60,633 bases of DNA, filler included, from Nemertoderma westbladi (GCA_032718475.1; 3 parts of 3 records of this genome joined end to end with filler, not necessarily neighbours in it); one strand, 5' to 3'; counted from the first letter of the whole stretch, positions 24,503 through 37,780 are shown. Translations and numbers: made by a program. Notes: generated by a model from the letters alone, not told the origin.

Positions 24503-26499
24503 AAGTTCCCATATAGGGCCGTATTCATGAATGTTTAGCACCGAGCTAACATTAGCTCGTTACTAAGTTCTGAGTTAGCCATATAGGGCTGTATTCATGA
24601 ATGTTTAGCACCGAGCTAACATTAGATCGTTACTAAGTTCTCAGTTACCCATATAGGGCCATATTCATGAATGTTTAGTACCGAGCTAACATTAGCTCGT
24701 TACTAAGTTATCAGTTACCCATATAGGGCCGTATTCATGAATGTTTAGTACCGAGCTAACATTAGATTGCTACTAAGTTCTCAGTTACCCATATAGGGCC
24801 GTATTCATGAATGTTTAGTACCGAGCTAACATTAGATCGTTACTAATTTCTCAGTTACCCATATAGGGCCGTAATCATGAATGTTTAGTACCGAGCTAAC
24901 ATTAGATCGTTACTAAGTTCTCAGTTACCCATATAGGGCCGTATTCATGAATGTTTAGTACCGAGCTAACATTAGCTCGTTACTAAGTTCCCAGTTACCC
25001 ATATAGGGCCGTATTCATGAATGTTTAGTACCGAGCTAACATTAGATCGATACTAAGTTCTCAGTTACCCATATAGGGCCGTATTCATGAATGTTTAGTA
25101 CCGAGCTAACATTAGCTCGTTACTAAGTTCTCAGTTACCCATATAGGGCCGTATTAATGAATGTTTAGTACCGAGCTAACATTAGCTCGTTACTAAGTTC
25201 TCAGTTACCCATATTGGGCCGTATTCATGAATGTTTAGTACCGAGCTAACATTAGATCGTTACTAAGTTCTCAGTTACCCATATAGGGCCGTATTCATGA
25301 ATATTTAGCACTGAGCTAACATTAGCTCGTTACTAAGTTCTCAGTTACCCATATAGGGCCGTATTCATGAATGTTTAGTACCGAGCTAACATTAGATCAT
25401 TACTAAGTTCTCAGTTACCTATATAGGGCCGTATTCATGAATGTTTAGCACCGAGCTAACATTAGCTCGTTACTAAGTTCTCAGTTACCCATATAGGGCC
25501 GTATTCATGAATGTTTAGTACCGAGCTAACATTAGATCGTTACTAAGTTCTCAGTTACCCATATAGGGCCGTATTCATGAATGTTTAGCACCGAGCTAAC
25601 ATTAGCTCGTTACTAAGTTCTCAGTTACCCATATAGGGCCGTATTCATGAATGTTTAGTACCGAGCTAACATTAGCTCGTTACTAAGTTCTCAGTTAGCC
25701 ATATAGGGCCGTATTCATGAATGTTTATGACCGAGCTAACATTAGCTCGTTACTAAGTTCTCAGTTACCCATATAGGGCCGTATTCATGAATGTTTAGTA
25801 CCGAGCTAACATTAGCTCGTTACTAAGTTCTCAGTTAGCCATATAGGGCCGTATTCATGAATGTTTATGAACGAACTAACATTAGCTCGTTACTAAGTTC
25901 TCAGTTACCCATATAGGGCCGTATTCATGAATGTTTAGTACCGAGCTAACATTAGATTGTTACTAAGTTCTCAGTTACCCATATAGGGCCGTATTCATGA
26001 ATGTTTAGTACCGAGCTAACATTAACTCGTTACTAAGTTCTCAGTTACCCATATAGGGCCGTATTCATGAATGTTTAGTACCGAGCTAACATTAGATCGT
26101 TACTAAGTTCTCAGTTACCCATATAGGGCCGTATTCATGAATGTTTAGCACCGAGCTAACATTAGCTCGTTACTAAGTTCTCAGTTACCCATATAGGGCC
26201 GTATTCATGAATGTTTAGTACCGAGCTAACATTAGATCGTTACTAAGTTCTCAGTTACCCATATAGGGCCGTATTCATGAATGTTTATGAACGAACTAAC
26301 ATTAGCTCGTTACTAAGTTCTCAGTTACCCATATAGGGCCGTATTCATGAATGTTTAGTACCGAGCTAACATTAGCTCGTTACTAAGTTCTCAGTTAGCC
26401 ATATAGGGCCGTATTCATGAATGTTTATGAACGAACTAACATTAGCTCGTTACTAAGTTCTCAGTTACCCATATAGGGCCGTATTCATGAATGTTTAGT
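24503..26499. repeat. 70-bp satellite, right block (~28 units, runs into the gap)
   Basis: Same unit as 18248-19570. Confidence 0.97.
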
Positions 26500-26599
26500 N
26501 NNNNNNNNNNNNNNNNNNNNNNNNNNNNNNNNNNNNNNNNNNNTTAATTAATTAANNNNNNNNNNNNNNNNNNNNNNNNNNNNNNNNNNNNNNNNNNNN
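26500..26599. other. Assembly gap spacer
   Basis: 100-bp N run with a central TTAATTAATTAA six-frame-stop linker. Confidence 0.98.
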
Positions 26600-27000
26600 C
26601 TCTAATGATTCTGAGAGTACTCCTAAGTCATCAGCAAAGTCTAGATCAGTTAGGTACTTGGCAGGATTTCCTCGACTTCTGGAGCCAGTAGGTGGAGTTA
26701 TCATCACCCCATCATCATTATAATGATCTAAGGACATGCGTAGAACATAGTCAACCACAATAATGAACAAGAATGGTGCAAGTGTGTCTCCTTGGAGGAC
26801 GCCCCATAACACTTCAAATGGTTCTGTGTCACCGTCAACAGTAGACACAAATGTTGTCGAACCATCGTATACTGATCTGATTGCTGCAATAATTTCATCA
26901 GGAATCCCATATAATGAAAGTATGCTGAACATACGTGAGCGAGAGACTGAATCAAAGGCCTTGAAGAAGTCAACAAAGATAACAGCCAGATGCCTGTCTT
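26600..27000 (-). mobile_element. Non-LTR (RTE/RTE-X-like) reverse transcriptase fragment
   Basis: FVDFFKAFDSV..YGIP..GVLQGDTLAPFLFIIVVDY..LDFADD. Confidence 0.9.
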
Positions 27001-27521
27001 TCTTTTTTGATAACGCTTGATAACTTTTTTTTTTCTTTCTAAAGCGATCAGATAATGGCGAAGTAATTTACAAAACAGAGAATGACAGGAAGGCGATGGA
27101 GTTTGAGTTTATTAAACCCAGTAAGATGTGCATAGCGAAGCGATCGAGACGGATAACTGAGTCTATTACAGTATTAAACCGAGTAGTGTCTACATCATTG
27201 TCCAGAATAGGGTGTTTCCCTTCACTTCTATGGGGCTTTCTATTATTCCTACCTGTCCCAAATACGTTGTGTAATGATTTCCAACCTGTCCAATATAGGG
27301 GCATCCAATCAAATCATCATATGAGCCAACTCCTCGCCATCGGACCAATACCAACATTCCTAAAGTTAGGTATCTCTCTTATTGGCTATGTAATGTAAAG
27401 GTTAATGGAAAATTCCACTGATATATAATCCAAGTGTCAGCTATGAATCCGGGGCTCATTAACAACCTATACTGGACAGAGCAACATATTTGGGACAAGA
27501 GCTGGTTGAGGTATATGTACA

Positions 27522-30500
27522 GTGGAAATTCCCATTCTAAATAAGGGCATTTGGAATACATGTTCCCTAGTTATGGTTAAAGATATACTGTGGGTGCCTT
27601 GCAAATGGCCTGTAAGACTGTGATGCATTATAGGCTATAGTGTCATCATAGTCACGTTATTTAATTTCATGTTGTGCAATTTATTCATATTATGCAATTT
27701 ATTCATGTTGTGCAATTTATTATTCATTGTGCAATTTATTCATGTGGTGCAATTTATTCACTTATAATAAATCTAAATACATTCGTATAATAATAATTAA
27801 ATGACAATCCAATTAGTGATATCGCAACCTCCTCCCCCAGACTCAACTTCATCCCAAATAGTCCTTAATAAGTCTTAAATTTGACTCAAATAGGTTGTTT
27901 GTGTCCCATATAGGGTGTTTGTGTCCTGTATAGGGTGTGAGTGCTCATAATTATTTCAAATAGTTTCGAAATGTAATGGAATACTCAAAAGAATATAGAA
28001 TGCACTATCATAGCTTTCATTTAAATTTGTCCCAAATAGGTTGTTTGTGTCCCATATAGGGTGCTTGTGTCCCATATAGGGTGTTTGTGTCCCAAATAGC
28101 CTGTGACTTTCTCAAAATGATTTTAAATAGTTTCTGAATCTCATGGAATACTCAAAAGAATATAGAATTCACTACCATAGCTTTAATTTCAATTTGTCCC
28201 AAATAGGTTGTTTTTGTCCCATATAGGGTGTTTGAGTCCCGTACAGGGTGTGAATTGCTTAATGATTTCAAATATTTTCTAAATGTAATGGAATACTCAA
28301 AAGAATATAGAATTCACTACCATAGCTTTAATTTCAATTTGTCCCAAATAGGTTGTTTGTGTCCCATATAGGGTGTGTTTGTATCCCAAATAGCCTGTGA
28401 CTTTCTCAAAATGATTTTACATAGTTTATAAATATAATGGAATACTCAAAAGAAAATCTAATTCACCATCATAGCTTTAATTTAAATTTGTCCCAAATAG
28501 GTTGTTTTTGTCCCATATAGGGTGTTTGTGCGCCGTAAGGGGTGTGTATTGCTTATAATGATTTCAAATAGTTTCTAAATGTAAGGGAATACTCAAAAGA
28601 ATATAGAATTCACTACCATAGCTTTAATTTCAATTTGTCCCAAATAGGTTGTTTGTGTCCCATATAGGGTGTTTGTGTCCCGTATAGGGTGTGAAGTGCT
28701 TATAATGATTTCAAATAGTTTCGAAATGTAATGGAGTACTCGAAAGAATATAGAATTCACTATCATAGCTTTCATTTAAACCTGTCCCAAATAGGTTGTT
28801 TGTGTCCCATATAGGGTGTTTGTGTCCCATATAGGGTGTTTGTGTCCCAAATTGCATGTGACTTTCTTAAAAAATTTTACATAGTTTATGAATATAATGG
28901 AATACTCAAAAGAAAATATAATTCACTATCATAGCTTTAATTTAAATTTATCCCAAATAAGTTGTTTTTGTCCCATATTGGGTCTTTTTGTGCCAAATAG
29001 CGTATGACTTTCCCAAAATGATTTTACATAGTTTATAAATATAATGGAATAATAAAAATAATATTTTTTCCTTTATAAACTATGTAAAATCATTTTGAGA
29101 AAGTCACACGCTATTTGGAACACAAACACCCTATATGGGACACAAACACCCTATATGGGACATAAACATTGTACTTGTGACAAATTTAAATTAAAGCTAT
29201 GATAGTGAATCTATATTCTTTTGAGAATTCCATTACATTTAGAAAATATTTTAAATCATTATAAGCAATTCACACCCTATACAGGACACAAACACCCTAT
29301 ATGGGACAAAAACAACCTACTGGGACAAATTGAAAATAAAGCTATAGTAGTGAATTTTATATTCTTTTGAGTATTCCATGAGATTTAGAAACTATTTAAA
29401 ATCATTTTGAGAAAGCCACACGCTATTTGGGACACAAACAACCTATTTGGAACCAAATTTAAATTAAAGCTATGATAGTGAGTTATATTTTCTTTTGAGT
29501 TTTCCATTATATCTATAAATTATGTAAAATTATTTTGAGAAAGTCACACGCAATTTGGGACACAAACATCTTATATGGGACACAAACACCCTATATGGGA
29601 CATAAACAACCTATTTGGGACAAATTTAAATTAAAGCTATGATAGTGAATTCTATATTCTTTTGAGTATTCCATTACATTTAGAAAATATTTTAAATCAT
29701 TATAAGCAATTCACACCCTATACGGGACACAAACACCCTATATGGGACAAAAACAACCTATTTGGGACAAATTGAAATTAAAGCTATAGTAGTGAATTCT
29801 ATATTCTTTTGAGTATTCCATGAGATTTAGATACTATTTAAAATCATTTTGAGAAAGTCACACGTTATTTGGGACACAAACACCCTATATGGGACACAAA
29901 TAACCTATTTGGGACAAATTTAAATGAAAGCTATGATAGTGAATTCTATATTCTTTTGAGTATTTATTCCATTACATTTCGAAACTATTTGAAATCATTA
30001 TAAGCACTTCACACCATATACGGGACACAAACACCCTATATCGGACACAAAAAACCTATTTGGGACAAATTTAAATTAAAGCTATGATAGTAGATTCTAT
30101 TTTCTTTTGAGTAGTTCCATTATATTTATAAACTATATAAAATCATTTTGAGAAAGTTACATGCTATTTGGGACAAAAACACCTTTTGTGAGACACAAAC
30201 ACCCTATATGGGACATAAACAATCTATTTGGGACCAATTGGAATTAAAGCTATGATTATGAAGTCGATATTCTTTTCAGTATTCCTTCCCATTTATAAAC
30301 TATTTGAAATAATTTTGATAAAGCTACAGGCTATTTTGGACAAAATCAACCTACAGTATATGGGACACAAACGGACACTAACAACCTATTTGAGTCAAAT
30401 TTAAGACTTATTAAGGACTATTTGGGATGAAGTTGAGTCTGGGGGAGGAGGTTGCGATATCACTAATTTGATTGTCATTTAATTATTATTATACGAATGT

Positions 30501-30788
30501 ATTTAGATTTATTATAAGTGAATAAATTGCACCACATGAATAAATGTCACAATGAATACATTGCACAACATGAATAAATTGCATATGAATAAATTGCACA
30601 ACATGATAAATTGCACAATATGAATAAATTGTACAACATGAAATTAAATAACATGACTATGATGACACTATAGCCTATAATGCATCACAGTCTTACAGGC
30701 CATTTGCAAGGCACCCACAGTATATCTTTAACCATAACTAGGGAACATGTATTCCAAATGCCCTTATTTAGAATGGGAATATTTCCAC
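27522..30788. mobile_element. Foldback-like palindromic element (~1.5 and ~1.7 kb inverted arms with internal tandem subrepeats)
   Basis: 27522-27900 is the reverse complement of ~30390-30788. The ~150-bp subrepeats switch orientation around 29040-29071. No ORF. Confidence 0.85.
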
Positions 30789-32156
30789 GACTTTGTATGG
30801 GCCGAACGGCCCGAACCTGATGTTTCCAGTCAAGGAGGAATCGACTAATGGTTAGGGTTAGAGCTCGTCGTCGGTGTCCATGAGGGTCTGAGGATGAGTG
30901 GGTGATTCAATAAAACGCTAACAATGATACCGGACTGACTGATTGAACCAGAGTGGCGATGGTAGTCGCTGATGTATATACAGTATATTATATATATCAT
31001 GTATTGATTGTTAGTAGATATTTTTTTATAATATTTGTTTATTAAATTGTCTTCAATGTCTATATTGATAATATTGTGTGCTGATTTTACTTATTTTTCA
31101 TTTTATAAATCTTGCTGTGGCCGTTTTAATCTACTATAAACTGCCGTATCAATTTCATGATATTTTAATGGATATGCAATTTAACTTCTTCTTTCTATTA
31201 ACTTTCAATGCAATCAAATATAACTGTAAAGCTATTGACTTTCGTGTTATTGTTTTGCTGTTACTTCGAGATGGGATTTGAATCCCATCGGATTACTGAT
31301 TAATTCCCATCATCGAGATGGGAATACTTTATAATGAAACAGTGGTGGTCCGCGGGATAGTGGGAAGGGATGGGACTGTTGCTGGAATGTGACAGCCTGA
31401 AAATTAAAACAAACAAAACTTCCAGACTTCTATATTTTTACTTTCAAAACAAAACGCCCAAAACATTTCAATGCTGAAGTACTGTTCAAGTCCCATGGAT
31501 GTATGGTTGATAAACAGATAAAGAGGGGCAGAGGGAGGTCAGGGTTTCTGGTAGACTATAGTCCCCGCGATGATGGCTGTTTGTTTAGTTTACTCTTACT
31601 CAATAAACATATAAATCAGAACGAGTTAATCTAATGGAACGATGCCTTTCGCGTGGCGTTAGCATACTCAAATTTATTAGGGCCTAATATTTATGAGGAG
31701 TAAGGGACTTTAGTATAATCAGAACGCGATGTTTGATATTTATACAGTACTGCAGTATGCAGTAAAACCTTTTGTCTGACAGCAGACAGGTCTGCAGGTT
31801 GATGTACCGTGGAGATCAGAGATTATTGCCATACATCCTGATTGACGACCGTGTATCACATTACTGCAAGTTGACACATAAATTACATTAATATCTATGG
31901 GACTACACCTACCTACATTCACCCTACACGTGCATCTACATGTAGGCTACACCTACCTTCATGTAGCCTCTATCAGTCTATATAGGCTATACCTCTACGC
32001 AAAAGATATACCCGTTCTCAGGTTCTGTCTGGTGTAGTCTCAGATCAGCGTGAGTGGTAATCTAAACCGGCCACACAACTTGTTACTGTGTGAAATCTGA
32101 AAGATATTAACATTTCAGCCTTTCCGAATTCATAAATTATCTGATATTACAGTATT

Positions 32157-33614
32157 ATGGACAGCGATTCTTCGAGTCCACAGCAAAGTGAAGGTGGCGG
32201 TGGGTGGAGTCCGAATTCGAATTTAAGTGTCGGAAGTCCCATTTCCGACTTGGAGAGTCGCAATTCCAGAGATGATAGCCCAATTTCCGAGGCTGCCTCT
32301 TCAGGAAGCCAACGTTTATCTCCAGAAGAGGACAAACTGAATACCGGTAACAGAGACGACAAATATATCGTAGAGAACGGTGTTGAAGAGCCGTATAGCT
32401 CCCTTGACGAGGGGAGTAAAGGGTCAGCCTACAGCTCCCCGGTGCAAGTGGTGGACCAAGAGGAAGATAGTGGCGACGGCTTGCTTGTGGTCGGCGAGGA
32501 TAGCGACGTGGATGAGGTTAAAGAGGATGGAGGGGTCTCTAAAGCAGACGATCTATTCGGGGGGGATATATCGGCCAGTAGCGAGGATGAATCGAGGGGT
32601 GAGGCGCGGCCAGCAGAGGAGCGGGAAGTTCCGGAGGAACGGGATATATTCGGGGAGGTTTCGGACGACGATGAAGAGGTGTCCCGGCCCGTTGTCGATG
32701 ACATCGACGAAGACGTGCAGGAGGATGTCCGCATCGAAGTTGAGATGCCGAAACTCAACACGGACCTCGGGGACGAACGCTACTTCGTGAAGCTGCCCAA
32801 CTTCCTGTCGATGGAGAAACGGCCCTTCGATCCTAATTACTACGATGAGGACATAGAGGATGAGTCGGAGGTTCTTGACGAGGAAGGAAGGAGTCGTCTG
32901 AAACTCAAGGTGGAGAACACGATCCGATGGCGGACGGTGTTGGACAGTGAGGGGCGGGAAGCCAGGGAATCGAATGCGAGACTCGTGAGATGGGACGACG
33001 GTTCGATGTCGTTGCATCTCGGAAACGAGATCTTCGATATACATCGGATGGGGCAGCAGGGTTTGTGCTCGCATCTGTTCGTCCGACAGGGTACCGGGTT
33101 GGTCGGACAGTCTGTGTTCCACAGTAAACTCAACTTCCGACCCCACACCACCGAGTCCGCCACACACAGGAAGATGACGATGAAGGCCGCGGATAAATCG
33201 TCCCGCGTGCAGCGCGTCAAGGTGCTCCCGATGGCGGGAGCGAATCCCGAGTGCAATCGCGCCGAATTGGTGAAACAGGAGGAGGAGAGACTGCGAGCAA
33301 CGCTGCGACGGGAGTCCCAGAGACGGAGGATCAGGGAGAGACAGCAAGCCAAGAGGATGACATCGTCCTACTTGGAGGCCGACGATGACGGGGGGACCTC
33401 GATAGCTGCCATAAAACGTCAGTACAAAAGTAAACAGGGGAATATAACTCGGGCAGCCGACATATACAGCAGTACGGAGAGCGAGGAAGAGAAACCCACC
33501 AATCTATACTCGGGATCCTCCGCCGACGGACTGCAATCGGACACCGATACGAGGAAAACTAAACGGAAGACTAAAACCCTAGTTGTAGAGGACGATGACG
33601 ACAGTGATTTATAG
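32157..33614 (+). CDS. LEO1: RNA polymerase-associated protein LEO1 (PAF1 complex), intronless, 485 aa
   Basis: Acidic S/D/E N-terminus, then the Leo1 domain FVKLPNFLS..PFDP..DEEGRSRLKLKVENTIRWR..ESNARLVRWDDGSMSLHLGNEIFD..HLFVRQGTGL..FRPHTTESATHRKMT. Confidence 0.96.
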   Translation: MDSDSSSPQQSEGGGGWSPNSNLSVGSPISDLESRNSRDDSPISEAASSGSQRLSPEEDKLNTGNRDDKYIVENGVEEPYSSLDEGSKGSAYSSPVQVVDQEEDSGDGLLVVGEDSDVDEVKEDGGVSKADDLFGGDISASSEDESRGEARPAEEREVPEERDIFGEVSDDDEEVSRPVVDDIDEDVQEDVRIEVEMPKLNTDLGDERYFVKLPNFLSMEKRPFDPNYYDEDIEDESEVLDEEGRSRLKLKVENTIRWRTVLDSEGREARESNARLVRWDDGSMSLHLGNEIFDIHRMGQQGLCSHLFVRQGTGLVGQSVFHSKLNFRPHTTESATHRKMTMKAADKSSRVQRVKVLPMAGANPECNRAELVKQEEERLRATLRRESQRRRIRERQQAKRMTSSYLEADDDGGTSIAAIKRQYKSKQGNITRAADIYSSTESEEEKPTNLYSGSSADGLQSDTDTRKTKRKTKTLVVEDDDDSDL

Positions 33615-33957
33615 TTCTACTTACTTACATTACTTTATTATGTAATTTTATTTTCTTGTGTACTATACGACAAACTTAATGAAAAGCTCAAATAATATGC
33701 GAAATCAAGGCCTTCTATATTGTTGTTATCAATTATCGCGGTTCCGAATAATATATATTTAAGTTGAAGTGATAATATTCGGAAGTGAGTTACGTGAGAT
33801 GGTTTCATTAAAGCCATCGTAAAATATTTTACGATAGCCTTTGTTTTATCTCGGTTGGCTCTAATGATATGAAATGTGTTTAAATATTGAATTCCGCTGT
33901 GTCATAACAATAACAACTATTACTTAAACTTAAACTATTATAGCACAAAGCTGTAAA

Positions 33958-34435
33958 GGGATACATGACCGAACGTAATCAGGATCGAATGTACGGTAAC
34001 ATAGTTTTTATGAACGAACGTAACCTCAATTATGTTACATTGGATCCTATAACTATGTTACATTCGATCTATATATTACTAAGCCCGAATGTAACATTGC
34101 CATTTAAAGGAGCAGGTTACAGAGGCGTGTTGGGGGAACCAAAACAATAAACGAAAGTTAATACATGTTACAAGATTATGCAGGTTACTTAATTGGGTCT
34201 CGGGTCTTTGTTTTGTACTCACTAAACTATTTCTTCCTGTAAATAAAGGAAGCATTTCATCGGTTAACTCCTGAAATCAAAACACAACTGAAATAAATGT
34301 ATGTTACATTCGGGCTTAGTAATTTGTAGATCGAATGTAACATAGTTATAGGATCCTATGTAACATAATTGAGGTTACGTTCGAGTCATAAAAACTATGT
34401 TACATTCGATCCTGATTACGTTCGGTCTGTCACCC
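33958..34435. mobile_element. MITE (478 bp) with ~135-bp TIRs and an 8-9 bp TSD
   Basis: GGG..CCC ends and long inverted arms; GCTGTAAA(G) duplicated at 33950-33957 and 34436-34443. Confidence 0.88.
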
Positions 34436-34801
34436 GCTGTAAAGAGTTTGGTTTAAAGCTTAAAGTTTAACTTGATGTCTGGCGATAATGAGGTTTAAAT
34501 ATTACGCCGATATTGGCTGTTTAAGATTTGTTGTCATCGCAGCGAAGTGTCTTATGGAGTGTTCTTATACTATGGAGTGCTAATGCACACATTCCATTAT
34601 TGTCTTTTTTGGTCCAATTGTCCAAGTCACTGAATTACGACACTATATTCCAGGACATGGTGTCGGTGGTGGCGTATCGACTGGGCAGAGTAGAAATAAT
34701 ATTAATAAATTAGTAAGATATAAATTAATGTGTTTTTAGATGATATTAATTAATTAATTTGTGTTAATTTGTGATATTAATGTATATTATTATAATTATA
34801 A

Positions 34802-34990
<189 letters not shown>

Positions 34991-35489
34991 TAAGTCAGAC
35001 CCCCCGAATCTGTACCTATTGCCTTCAACAGAATTAGTCTGACACTAATACTGTTCAATGTGGGTTGTTGTCCCCAATGCACTAATCCTCCCCCCTTGGA
35101 CCACTTAGAAATATAATCACTTCAAATACAGTAAATCATTGAAATTCATTGCAATAACTTGTAATGTATGGGGCCATCCATAAATGACGTCACGTTTTTT
35201 AAATACATTTTCGACCCCCCCCCCCCCTTTCGTCACAAATGAAATGGCTACCCCCCCCCCCCCCTCCCCTATGTCACGCCACACTATATTAAATTAAATT
35301 ATTACTCTTATATTATTAGAACAATAAATCTGGAATAAATTTCTCAACTATAATAGATATAAACTAACATTACAAATTACAGTAATACGAGTTTTTCAGA
35401 CATGCTCCCATGGGCACGACAGGTGGTCTGTCATGCTTATAATAGCCATTGGTAGGACATCAGCTACTGGGTATGTGTTCGCAGGGGAT

Positions 35490-35700
35490 CGGCCTCCGCT
35501 TTCCAGGACATTGCTTTCGCCGTGAGGACCAGCCAGTGCATAATCTTGTACTTTGGCAGCCTCATGGAGTGAATAAGCATGGTGGGCAGCCCATGACTTT
35601 CTTGAGACGCATCTTAAAGGACACTGGACTTGAAGATGCGGATGAGCTAGCAAATGTCATGGGTGATATGGAGTTGTGGCGGCGCAATTTTGTCGACAAG
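35490..35700 (+). mobile_element. RTE/RTE-X LINE 3' fragment
   Basis: LRFPGHCFRREDQPVHNLVLWQP..LKDTGL..MGDMELWR resembles an RTE-clade C-terminus. Confidence 0.65.
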
Positions 35701-36699
35701 CCGGCACAGCATTCTTAAAAATGCAGCTGCAATGCAGCATGCCGATCCTAGTAGTAGTCGCAGGGGATTGATAATCAAAACGGGTTTTGGAACTACCGCT
35801 ACCATGAAGGGATGTAAGAATTTTGATGCAAAAAGATGACATTCTTTACAAACACACTCTAATTTTACCAATTATGGAAGGGCAGTAGGTGCAAAATTGC
35901 TGTTGCACAGCGACTGTTAGCGGCTGTTTGAGGAATTTAACTTAACTAGCAGTTTAGTAGTCAAGATCCCAGAGGTCCCCAGATCTCCTGCTACCACTAT
36001 GGCAGTAATGTGGTACTACCTGTAGCTGTCAGCCCAGTAGGGCAGGCCCGATAAGCATAGCCTATTCATTATTTAGTTGATCAAGGGTGGGTTGGTTTTA
36101 GCCCCGTCAACTAAATAAGTCATTGAGGGCTATAGCGCCTAGGGCACCATTGAAGGCAAAGGCTTGATACGCATCTGCAATAGAGATGATACACGCCCCG
36201 CTCTGTCTATACTGGATGCTCCTCTACCCAGTGTTAGGTAACCTAACCCAGGAGGCACACTTGGTTCAGGGTGTAACAAAAGGACCCCTCACAGTCGGCA
36301 GCAGGGCTGTAGGCCATGGATAGGCGGAAGGTAATCAACCAACGGCTAGACATGCTGACAAGGTCGGCGGAGGTGACCAACTGCGAAGACGCTTGTAGGA
36401 GTTGCGACCACAAGCGGTTTACTCTCGCAACTGAAAGATATTGTACGAGTTTGCTCGACCTAGTAGTATTAGTAGCAGTAGTATAATTGTTCGCTAAGAT
36501 GGCTTGCATCTTTTGCTGCACGAAGGCCCACTCGTGTAATGTAAAACATGGAATGTATCACAACCTATTTAAATTTAATCATTAATCCTTTAATCTTTAA
36601 TCCTAATTTAAATCTAAATTTAATACTTACTCTACAACCTTAAAACCATCACTCGAGGTGCACGCGGTCTACCGAAATCAAAAATCCACCGTAATAGCT

Positions 36700-36900
36700 G
36701 ACTACAAACGCCCAGCGTTAACGCGCCTTCGATTAGTATCTCACAACCTTAGGATTGAGAGTGGAAGGTGGAGCCGGACCCCATCGTGCGAGCGGGTGGG
36801 TTTGTAGTTGCGATGGAGTCTCTGTTCAAACAGAAGGACATGTTATGCTTAGATGCAAAATGACTGAGGCACTACGACTTAATTATATTTGTCAGTCTTA
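36700..36900 (+). mobile_element. LINE ORF2 C-terminal zinc-finger fragment
   Basis: LTRLRLVSHNLRIESGRWSR followed, after a frameshift, by C.C..VQTEGHVMLRC. Confidence 0.65.
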
Positions 36901-37221
36901 TATAACTTTCTCAGATCTCATGTCGGTCGAAAATACATTAAAGCTCTGTAATTATAGGAGCGAGGCACTCGAGCTAGCAACACAGGATAAAAATTAATAT
37001 ATGATCTTAAACACAGAATACCATTACTGGGAAAAATTAGAACTCTCATATGTGGAAAAATGATATTATATTATTGGGGGATTATTATTATATAATTAAA
37101 TTTTGTGCTTACCAATAGGAGTTGTGCATTATTCATTATTTTAAGTATTAAAATTAATTCTATTACGTACTTCAATAACTGAAATGACAAATTAATTTAC
37201 TGAAGGTATTTAAATTTGGAC

Positions 37222-37314
37222 ATACTGTTATCTATAGAGTAACTTATACTGTTATCTATAGAGTAACTTATACTGTTATCTATAGAGTAACTTATACTGT
37301 TATCTATAGAGTAA
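37222..37314. repeat. 24-bp tandem repeat, ~4 copies
   Basis: Units TACTGTTATCTATAGAGTAACTTA. Confidence 0.9.
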
Positions 37315-37780
37315 TTTGTGCAGAAATTTTGATAATTCAGTTGTAAATTGTTTGTATTATTATTTCGTACCAATTTTAAAGTTTTGTGCTCCATTATTCA
37401 ATATATCAATGAAGAACATATATATATCTCCTCCTAGGAGACGGGAGGGGGGGGGGGGGGGGTTGGGGGGGTCTGGACGCAAATCCCATCTTTGCGAAAT
37501 AATATCATCCCACCTCAATGTTAAATTTTCAATTTAGGGAAAGGAGCAGAAGGATACAGTGGCACGTTATTTTAACCAAAACAATAAACTAAACACAATA
37601 GAACAGCTGAACAGGTTACAGTTTTATTTTTGGGAGTAATATCTGTGCCTCCTAGATGTATTTCTGTAAACTTCCTTTGGCTTTTAAATTGTTTGTAGCC
37701 AGAACTATAATTATATTTTTGAAACCTTTTCTGGCTGATTACGTGTCTTTCTTTATATTTCGTTTACCTTTATATATTGG

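Noticed and set aside
18248-26499. Palindromic 70-bp repeats as a CRISPR array
   Set aside because: Head-to-tail monomers with no spacers.
26544-26555. TTAATTAATTAA palindrome inside the N runs (also at 48979-48990)
   Set aside because: Artificial contig-joining linker; adjacency across these gaps is not assured.
27040-27400. 100-aa ORF next to the RT fragment as a host exon
   Set aside because: No recognisable motifs or convincing splice sites; cannot be supported.
32380-33352. Overlapping alternative-frame and antisense ORFs within LEO1
   Set aside because: Shadow ORFs of GC-rich coding sequence with no recognisable motifs.
35169-35200. GGGGCCATCCATAAATGACGTCACG as a DNA-transposon terminus
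   Set aside because: It resembles a TIR, but no partner end or TSD was found nearby.
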